From contig JAUWHS010000099.1 in the NCBI GenBank assembly GCA_030605785.1, positions 1 through 34,499 on the forward strand: 34,499 nucleotides of DNA, written 5' to 3'. This DNA comes from a bacterium (lineage in GTDB: Bacteria > Babelota > Babeliae > Babelales > JAUWHS01). The position numbers and the translations under genes were made by a program. Positions 1 to 7,815 of this stretch are shown in pieces. The notes below the pieces were generated by a model. That model saw only the letters and a list, made by a program, of their open reading frames with translations. It was not told where the DNA came from and made no database searches. The stretch's first letter is position 1. Each line of letters begins with the position of its first letter.

Positions 1-1548
1 AATCTAGAAGAAGATGTAATCGAGAATAGTAACGCTATTACAAATAACAATGAAGAAATAAACAATAACTCAAATGCATTAATAACTTGTTGCGACAACG
101 CGAATAATTCAATCACAGAAAATAGCAATGCTATCATCAACCTACAAGAAGATATTCATGAAAATAGTCAAGCCATAATTTTTATAAGAGAAGCGGGAAC
201 AAATCTCATTGTAGAAAATAGTAACGCTATTGTTAATAATAGCAGTTTCATCGCTCAAGCATTAATAACACAAAATAGTGACGCAATTGTGTCAATCGAT
301 AACTTCCCTCTCGTTGACGGTCCACTTACAACTGATATAACTTTAGAAAAAAGCGCGTTTATTCACCCAACGCAAAGAATTTTTGTCGCAGGAAATATAA
401 CAATTAACGGTCAAGGCGCAACTTTATACTTCGCGACAGATGAAAGACCAATCGGCGCGCAATTCGTAATTGATGAATATAAAACTTTAATTTTGAAAAA
501 TATCAGATTAGTAGGATTAACTCAAACAACATTTGAATTCAGAAAAGGTTCCAGATTAATAATTGGCGAAAATGTAAGTTGGGAATTCTTTAGAAATATA
601 ACTTTATCAAGCGGAAATATAATTTTACAAAACCAAGTTGCAGCTGATGGATCTGATATCGCGAATTCATTTTACATTCGTGGTATTGGAGGAAAAAAAC
701 GTCTAACATTAACTCCTGACTCTGATACAACATTACCAATGATTAACCTTGGACAAAATACTCTCGCATTACAAAATATTGAATTTACGGGTCTAGAATA
801 TATTTCTCAAACTATTTCTCCGGACGGACTATTAATTGGCGCGCTCGGACTTGCTGGTGATACAGCAGTTAATATTGAACAATCAAATAATATGGCATTC
901 GCGGTAATGGGACTTGGCAATACATTCAGAATGCTGGAAAACAATTTAAGACTTAATGGACAATTGGATTTTGTTGGTCTTGGTGAAGATGTTCTACATT
1001 TAGATTTCGTTTTACGCTCCCCTGTTGAATCAGTAAATGCGGGAACACAATTGGCTGACGGAAAAGTTCCGGTAATCAATTTTGGAACAGGATTTATTTA
1101 TCTTACATCACTGTCAGGTGTCGCAAGAATAATATTTGATGATTATCTAATAAGAATTAATAACGCGGCCAATGCATTTATAGCTACAAATAACGGTTAC
1201 CTTGGAGCAAATAAATTATACGTATCCGGAGATCCTATTTGGGACGCGTCAAATGATTCATCGAAAAACCGTTTTGCGGTCGAAGCTAATGAAATTGAAG
1301 CGGTTAAAGCGCTTGGTAAAGAGTATAAAAAACAACTTCCTGATTTTGGAATACCAATCATTGTAGATCCTTATCATCCACATAGAACTTCTGATTTCCG
1401 TTCAATAGATGATGATACAGATTTAATAAAAACGCTAAAAGAAAACATCCGACCAAAAACAGCGTTACAACTTGAAAGAGCAAAAGAGGAAAATATCGAT
1501 CCATCAACTCTTTACTTCGGTGAACCAAACTTTATAATTAAAAATTAA
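1..1548 (+). CDS. Large surface/secreted protein, 5'-partial: IxxNSxAI coiled-coil stalk followed by a predicted beta-solenoid domain
   Basis: Frame 1 is open from base 1 (NLEEDVIENSNAITNNNEEINNNSNALITCC...) into the listed ORF 289..1548, so the GTG at 289 is not the real start. There are six [IV]xxNSxA[IL] motifs in the first 97 codons. The C-terminal region (ITINGQGATLYF...AQFVIDEYKTLILKNI) resembles the N-terminal domain of the three downstream genes. Confidence 0.8.
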   Translation, partial: NLEEDVIENSNAITNNNEEINNNSNALITCCDNANNSITENSNAIINLQEDIHENSQAIIFIREAGTNLIVENSNAIVNNSSFIAQALITQNSDAIVSIDNFPLVDGPLTTDITLEKSAFIHPTQRIFVAGNITINGQGATLYFATDERPIGAQFVIDEYKTLILKNIRLVGLTQTTFEFRKGSRLIIGENVSWEFFRNITLSSGNIILQNQVAADGSDIANSFYIRGIGGKKRLTLTPDSDTTLPMINLGQNTLALQNIEFTGLEYISQTISPDGLLIGALGLAGDTAVNIEQSNNMAFAVMGLGNTFRMLENNLRLNGQLDFVGLGEDVLHLDFVLRSPVESVNAGTQLADGKVPVINFGTGFIYLTSLSGVARIIFDDYLIRINNAANAFIATNNGYLGANKLYVSGDPIWDASNDSSKNRFAVEANEIEAVKALGKEYKKQLPDFGIPIIVDPYHPHRTSDFRSIDDDTDLIKTLKENIRPKTALQLERAKEENIDPSTLYFGEPNFIIKN

Positions 1549-1571
1549 AAAGCGAGAAACAGAGAAATCTT

Positions 1572-3629
1572 ATGAAAATAAACAAAATTTTATTTGCAAT
1601 TTTAATCTACATTCCTTTTTCACAAAATTTATTTGCTACCTCTCTTGATGGCACAACAAATATTGTTTATAAAAACATTCATTATATTTTTGATAATAGT
1701 GATACAGCTACAGGTTTCGTACGATTAAGACAAGGATTTACATTACCTGAACATTCACAAGTAACTTTTAAAATAAATTCTCCGGTTTCCTCTGGAATTG
1801 ACCTACAAACAACAGGAACTTTAACATTAGATTCTGATCTTATTTTCGATCCAAACATATCTCTATCAAGTAGTGGTTTTATCAAAGGAAATAGTAATGC
1901 AATTATTTTAAATGACGATTTAACAATTCCAGCCAATAAAAATCTTGAAATAATTGGTGACACAATTATTAATGGAAATGGTCATAATTTAATTTTAGAT
2001 AACTGGGCACAAATTTTAGTTGACGGAGGTGTCACTCTAACTTTAAAAAATATGACTATTAAAAATGTCGTTAATTCAATTGCAAACCCACCAATAAAAT
2101 TAATTGATCAATACAGTAAACTTTCTTTAAACGAAGTGACCCTTGCCTTAAATAACGATTTTGCATTTCCAAACGGACAACTTTTTATCCACAATGATGT
2201 AATTTTTACAGGCTCATCTAAATTTAGTTATCGTTCAGTGTTGCCAAGTTATATAACTCCACATGCATGTTTATTTTTTGATATTGATACAACTTTTGAA
2301 TATTACCCAAGTTGCACAAGAGATGATTTAATTGTTTTATATAATGAAACTTCTAGCGTCTTTTTAAACGGTTGCACATTGCAAACAACTCATACAGGAA
2401 TTAAATTAACTAAAGGTAGGTTATTTTTTGATAATAAAATCACTTTAAGCAATGCTACCAATACAACAATGATAACTCCAAATCTTGAAGACAATAAGGA
2501 TTATGGAACTTATATTTATGGAGTTGATTGGAGGCCTGATGGTAAATATCTTGCTTTAGGTGGAGAGGGACCTTTTTCTGGTAACGAATTACAAATATAT
2601 TCCTTTGAAAATGATACTTTGACCTCTTATACATCTAAAAATTATGGTACTCGTATTTATAATCCTACTTGGAGTCCTAACGGAAAATATCTTGCTATAG
2701 GCGGACACATACCAACATCAGGTGATGAACTACAAATATATTCTTTCTATAATGAAGACCTTTCTGCATCCCCAATAACTTCAAAAAATTATGGCGATTA
2801 TCTCATTGCTTTAAAATGGAGGCCTGATGGTAAATATCTTGCATTAGGAGGAATTAACCCTACATCTGGAAATGAACTAGAAATATATTCTTTCAATAAC
2901 GAAGTTCTTTCATCATCCCCTGTTGCCCATTTTAATTTTGGAGCACAAGTTAGATCTTTAGATTGGCATCCAAATGGACAATATTTAGCAGTAGGTGGAT
3001 TAAATCCATTTTCTGGTAATGAGTTGCAAATATTTTCTTTTCAAAATGATGTACTAACTTCATACACTTCTAAAAATCTTGGTAGTTCTTCATCTACCGT
3101 CTTAGCATTAGAATGGAGTCCTGACGGACAATACTTGGCTCTTGGAGGTGTTTCATTTTATTCTGCAGATGAGTTTCAAATTTATTCTTTCATTAATGAT
3201 AATTTATCTACTTACACTGTCGATAGCAAAAACGATGGAACAATTCGAAATATAAAATGGCATCCTTCCGGAAACTATGTCGCATTTGGATCAAGCTCAG
3301 CAACTAACGATTTAGAAATATATTCTTTTAATAATGGATCACTTTCTTCATCCCCAATTTATGGAAAATCTTTTGGTGATGATCTTTATTCAATCGACTG
3401 GCATCCTAATCGTAAATACCTTGCATTAGGAGGAGAAAATCCAACTTCTGGCTATGAACTCGAGGTTTACAAAATAAATTATATGTTTGATGCAAGTTCA
3501 TCAACCCTATCAAACGCAATAAAATTTGGTGATTCTTCAAAAGGATCAGCTTATAATTTAAATACTTATGTACTCAGTGGAGCAACAATTGAAATTGATG
3601 GACTTATCTGGTGTGATGATGCAAGTTAA
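1572..3629 (+). CDS. Secreted beta-solenoid + WD40-like 7-blade propeller protein (paralog P1)
   Basis: 685 aa; signal peptide MKINKILFAILIYIPFSQNLFA; seven ~45-48 aa repeats with WxPxGxYLALGG...ELQIYSF; conserved C-terminal cap LSNAIKFG...GATIEIDGLIWCDDA. Confidence 0.85.
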   Translation: MKINKILFAILIYIPFSQNLFATSLDGTTNIVYKNIHYIFDNSDTATGFVRLRQGFTLPEHSQVTFKINSPVSSGIDLQTTGTLTLDSDLIFDPNISLSSSGFIKGNSNAIILNDDLTIPANKNLEIIGDTIINGNGHNLILDNWAQILVDGGVTLTLKNMTIKNVVNSIANPPIKLIDQYSKLSLNEVTLALNNDFAFPNGQLFIHNDVIFTGSSKFSYRSVLPSYITPHACLFFDIDTTFEYYPSCTRDDLIVLYNETSSVFLNGCTLQTTHTGIKLTKGRLFFDNKITLSNATNTTMITPNLEDNKDYGTYIYGVDWRPDGKYLALGGEGPFSGNELQIYSFENDTLTSYTSKNYGTRIYNPTWSPNGKYLAIGGHIPTSGDELQIYSFYNEDLSASPITSKNYGDYLIALKWRPDGKYLALGGINPTSGNELEIYSFNNEVLSSSPVAHFNFGAQVRSLDWHPNGQYLAVGGLNPFSGNELQIFSFQNDVLTSYTSKNLGSSSSTVLALEWSPDGQYLALGGVSFYSADEFQIYSFINDNLSTYTVDSKNDGTIRNIKWHPSGNYVAFGSSSATNDLEIYSFNNGSLSSSPIYGKSFGDDLYSIDWHPNRKYLALGGENPTSGYELEVYKINYMFDASSSTLSNAIKFGDSSKGSAYNLNTYVLSGATIEIDGLIWCDDAS

Positions 3630-3653
3630 ATCAATAATCCGGAGAAACGGAGA

Positions 3654-5705
3654 ATGAAAATAAACAAAATTTTATTTTTTATTTTGAATTTTTTAATCCT
3701 CTCCCCAAATTTATTCGCAATTTCTCTTGATGGTACAACAAACATTGTTTATAAAAAAACTCATTATACTTTTGATAATAGTGACACAGCTACAGGTTTC
3801 GTACAGCTTGATAGCGGTTTTTCCATTCCACAAAGCTCACAAGTAACCTTTAAAATTTATAATCCAATTCGTAACGGAATAGATTTACATACAACTGGAA
3901 CATTAACTCTAAATAATGATTTTATTTTAGATTCCACTGTATCTCTATCAAGTAGTGGTTTTATTAACGGAAACAACAACGCCATTATTTTAAATGACGA
4001 TTTAACAATTCCAACCAATAAAAACCTTGAAATAGTTAGCGATACAATTATAAACGGAAATGGTCATAATTTAATTTTAGATAACTGGGCACAAATTTTA
4101 GTTGATGGAGGTGTAACTCTAACTTTAAAAAATATGACAATAAAAAATGTCGTAAACTCAATCGCGAATCCTCCAATTAAATTAATTAATCAATACAGCA
4201 AACTTGCATTAGATGAAGTTACATTTGCGCTGAATGATGAATTTGCTTTTCCTAATGGCCAACTTTATATTCACAACGATGTAATTTTTACAGGATCATC
4301 TAAATTTAGTTATCGCTCTGTTTTGCCAAGTTATATTACTCCACACGCATGTATGTACTTTGATATTGGAACAACTTTTGAATATTATCCGGGTTGCAAC
4401 AAAAATGATTTGATTGTTTTATATGATAACTCATCCAGTATCTTTCTAAACGGATGTACTCTACAAACCACTCACACCGGAATCAAGCTTACAAAGGGAA
4501 GACTGTTTTTTGATAATAAAGTAACTCTTAGTTCTGCGGCCAATACCGTACTTGATAGTATTACATTAATAGATTCCAAATCTATTGGCGACTACGTTTA
4601 TTCTGCAGAATGGAGTCCTGATCAACATTACATCTCAATCGGAGCGCAAGGTGAAGCCTCCGGACAACTACAATTTTATTCTTTTTACAATGACACACTA
4701 ACAAGTGTTACATCCAAACAATACGACACTTTAGCTTCCATGCTACTAAGCACAGATTTCAGTCCTAATGAAAAATATTTAGCCATTGGTGGGCGAAGAT
4801 CAGCAGAGGGGAACAAAGAATTTCAAATTTATTCTTTTTATAACGACACCATTTCAACTTATACAATTCAATCCAAAGATGAAGGTTATTGGACTGCCTC
4901 AGCCAGATGGAGCCCTGATGGACATAATATCGCATTAGGAAATTACGGTGGAGCAGATATAGAATTATATGGTTTTGAGAATGAAGTTCTAACAACCTAT
5001 ACAAGCAGAAACTTTGGGGATAGAATTGAATCTTTGGATTGGAAACCGGATGAAAAATATATTGCATTTGGGGGGCGAATTCCAACAGATGCATCTGAAC
5101 TACATATTTATTTATTTAATAATAATACAATGTCTGATGCTCCCGCATTTAAAAAAGACTATGGAACAAATAGCTCATTCCTTTATGCCATAAAATGGAA
5201 TCCTGAAGGAAATTATTTTGCAATTGGAGGCTATCACCCCCACTCAGGCTTAGAATTACAAATATACTCTTTAATAAATGATACACTATCAACTTATACT
5301 TCAAAAAACTATGGTACACGAATTCAATCTGTCTCATGGAGTCCTGATGGACAACATTTAGCAATTGGGGGAAGAAATGCCGGAGATGAATTACAAATTT
5401 ATTCCTTTAAAGATAACCAACTATCGGCAACACCAGTTATATCACAAAGTTGGGGTTACGAAATTTATTCTGTTGCCTGGAGTCCTGATGGGAATTATTT
5501 AGCCGTTGGAGGAAATCAACCGGATTCAGGTAAAGAATTTGAAATTTATAAAGTAAATTATCGATTTGATACAACAACACCGACATTATCAAACGCGATT
5601 AGATTCGGAAATTCTTCAAAAGGATCATCTTATAACCTAAATACATATGTCCTTGGTGGAGCGACAATTGAAATTGACGGACTTGTCTGGTGTGATGATG
5701 CATAG
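3654..5705 (+). CDS. Secreted beta-solenoid + WD40-like propeller protein (paralog P2)
   Basis: 683 aa; same architecture as P1 and aligns end to end by eye; GGAGA-containing spacer upstream. Confidence 0.85.
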   Translation: MKINKILFFILNFLILSPNLFAISLDGTTNIVYKKTHYTFDNSDTATGFVQLDSGFSIPQSSQVTFKIYNPIRNGIDLHTTGTLTLNNDFILDSTVSLSSSGFINGNNNAIILNDDLTIPTNKNLEIVSDTIINGNGHNLILDNWAQILVDGGVTLTLKNMTIKNVVNSIANPPIKLINQYSKLALDEVTFALNDEFAFPNGQLYIHNDVIFTGSSKFSYRSVLPSYITPHACMYFDIGTTFEYYPGCNKNDLIVLYDNSSSIFLNGCTLQTTHTGIKLTKGRLFFDNKVTLSSAANTVLDSITLIDSKSIGDYVYSAEWSPDQHYISIGAQGEASGQLQFYSFYNDTLTSVTSKQYDTLASMLLSTDFSPNEKYLAIGGRRSAEGNKEFQIYSFYNDTISTYTIQSKDEGYWTASARWSPDGHNIALGNYGGADIELYGFENEVLTTYTSRNFGDRIESLDWKPDEKYIAFGGRIPTDASELHIYLFNNNTMSDAPAFKKDYGTNSSFLYAIKWNPEGNYFAIGGYHPHSGLELQIYSLINDTLSTYTSKNYGTRIQSVSWSPDGQHLAIGGRNAGDELQIYSFKDNQLSATPVISQSWGYEIYSVAWSPDGNYLAVGGNQPDSGKEFEIYKVNYRFDTTTPTLSNAIRFGNSSKGSSYNLNTYVLGGATIEIDGLVWCDDA

Positions 5706-5739
5706 TTAAATAAATAATCTGGAGAGATGGAGAAAACTT

Positions 5740-7815
5740 ATGAAAATAAACAAAATAATTTTCACATTAATTATTCTTTTAACAGTTTCACAAAATTTAT
5801 TTGCTACCTCTCTTGATGGCACAACGAATATTGTTTATAAAGAAAATCATTATATCTTTGAACAAAGCAAAGCAAATTCTGCCGAAGGTTTCGTTTGGCT
5901 TGAAGGAGGCTTTACAATACCAGAGCACACTCAATTAACATTAAAAATTAACCCTCCTGTCTCCTCTGGAATTGATTTACGAACAACAGGAACTTTAACA
6001 TTAGAATCAAATTTAAAACTCGAATCAAATTTATCTTTTTCAAGTAGTGGATTTATTAAAGGAAATAACAACGCAATTATTTTAAATGACGATTTAACAA
6101 TTCCTGCAGCCAAAAATCTCGAAATCATTGGTAATACAATTATCAATGGAAATGGTCATAATTTAATTTTAGATAACTGGGCACAAATTTTAGTTGATGG
6201 AGGTGTTACTCTAACGTTAAAAAACATAACAATTAAAAATGTTGTTAATTCAATTGCAAACCCACCAATTAAATTAATTGATCAATACAGTCAATTAGCA
6301 TTAGACGAAGTAACTTTTGTTTTAAATGATGATTTTGCGTTTCCAAACGGCCAACTTTTTATTCACAATGACGTAATTTTTACAGGTTCATCCAAATTTA
6401 GTTATCGTTCAGTTTTGCCAAGTTATATAACTCCACACGCATGTTTATATTTTGATATTGATACAACTTTTGAATATTACCCAAGCTCAACAAGAGATGA
6501 TTTGATTGTTTTATATGATGAAACTTCTAGCGTCTTTTTAAACGGTTGCACATTGCAAACAACTCATACAGGAATTAAATTAACTAAAGGTAGATTATTT
6601 TTTGATAATAAAGTGACTCTTAGTTCTGCTGCCAAGACCGTGCTTGATAGTCTTACATTAATAGATTCTAAAGTAATTGGGGAATATGTTAACTCAATAG
6701 GATGGAGTCCTGATCAACATTATATTTCGATAGGCACACAAAATCCAAATTCCGGACAAGAATTACAATTATATTCTTTTTATAACGACACATTGACTAG
6801 TTATACATCTAAACAATATGGTGTTGATTCGCCTTATCTTTTAACTACAAAATTTAGCCCTAATGGGAAATATCTATCTATTGGAGGTCACACAAATAAT
6901 CCAAGAGGAGATGAAGAATTTCAAATTTATTCTTTTTACAATGACACACTTTCTACCAATACAATACAATCTAAAGATACAGCCTGGTGGGTAGCGGAAA
7001 CTGCATGGAGTCCAGACGGAGAAAATATTTCTATAGCAAATTACTGGCCTATAACAGCACACAATGATATAGAATTATATGGATTTCAAAACGAAATATT
7101 AACAACATATACCAATAGAAATTTCGGGGACAGGGTAAATACTGTAGATTGGAGACCTAACGAAAAACATATTGCATTTGGAAGCAAAAACCCAACAGAT
7201 ACAGCTGAATTACATATTTATTCATTTATTAATAATACTATGTCAGATGCTCCTGTATTTAAAAAAGATTATGGTCCAGGTGGTTCCTTTATTCATGGAG
7301 CAGAATGGAATCCTGATGGACAATATCTTGCACTCGGAGGATATAGACCACACTCCGGCCTAGAATTACAAATATATTCTTTAATAAACGATACATTATC
7401 AACTTATACTTCAAAAAACTATGGTACACGAATTCAATCTGTCTCATGGAGTCCTGATGGACAACATCTGGCAATTGGGGGGAGAAATGCTGGAGATGAA
7501 TTACAAATTTATTCATTTAAAGATAATCAGTTATCTGCGTCACCAATTATATCTCAAAGTTGGGGTTATGAAATTTATTCTATTTCTTGGAGCCCCGATG
7601 GAAATTATTTAGCTGTTGGAGGACAAACACCCGATTCAGGTAAAGAATTTGAAATTTATAAAGTAAATTATCGATTTGATACAACAACACCAACATTATC
7701 AAACGCGATTAGATTCGGAAATTCTTCAAAAGGATCATCTTATAACCTAAATACATATGTCCTTGGCGGAGCAACAATTGAAATTGACGGACTCGTTTGG
7801 TCTGATGACGCATAG
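5740..7815 (+). CDS. Secreted beta-solenoid + WD40-like propeller protein (paralog P3)
   Basis: 691 aa; same architecture; N-terminal domain is P1-like and the propeller plus cap is P2-like; GGAGA RBS upstream. Confidence 0.85.
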   Translation: MKINKIIFTLIILLTVSQNLFATSLDGTTNIVYKENHYIFEQSKANSAEGFVWLEGGFTIPEHTQLTLKINPPVSSGIDLRTTGTLTLESNLKLESNLSFSSSGFIKGNNNAIILNDDLTIPAAKNLEIIGNTIINGNGHNLILDNWAQILVDGGVTLTLKNITIKNVVNSIANPPIKLIDQYSQLALDEVTFVLNDDFAFPNGQLFIHNDVIFTGSSKFSYRSVLPSYITPHACLYFDIDTTFEYYPSSTRDDLIVLYDETSSVFLNGCTLQTTHTGIKLTKGRLFFDNKVTLSSAAKTVLDSLTLIDSKVIGEYVNSIGWSPDQHYISIGTQNPNSGQELQLYSFYNDTLTSYTSKQYGVDSPYLLTTKFSPNGKYLSIGGHTNNPRGDEEFQIYSFYNDTLSTNTIQSKDTAWWVAETAWSPDGENISIANYWPITAHNDIELYGFQNEILTTYTNRNFGDRVNTVDWRPNEKHIAFGSKNPTDTAELHIYSFINNTMSDAPVFKKDYGPGGSFIHGAEWNPDGQYLALGGYRPHSGLELQIYSLINDTLSTYTSKNYGTRIQSVSWSPDGQHLAIGGRNAGDELQIYSFKDNQLSASPIISQSWGYEIYSISWSPDGNYLAVGGQTPDSGKEFEIYKVNYRFDTTTPTLSNAIRFGNSSKGSSYNLNTYVLGGATIEIDGLVWSDDA

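Larger units (their letters stand above)
1572..7815 (+). repeat. Tandem triplication of a ~2.08-kb gene unit
   Basis: All three starts read ATGAAAATAAACAAAAT (1572, 3654, 5740). Long stretches are shared, e.g. GGAAATGGTCATAATTTAATTTTAGATAACTGGGCACAAATTTTAGTTGA in all three, and the spacers are similar (AATAATC[CT]GGAGA[AG]A[CT]GGAGA). Confidence 0.95.

Noticed and set aside
1-291. CRISPR-like periodic repeats (AATAGTAACGCTATT)
   Set aside because: The repeats are degenerate at synonymous positions and in frame; they encode the NSNAI protein motif.
3654-7815. Diversity-generating retroelement (TR/VR pair) explaining P2/P3 variation
   Set aside because: No reverse transcriptase in the window; the differences include indels and all base types rather than adenine-only changes.
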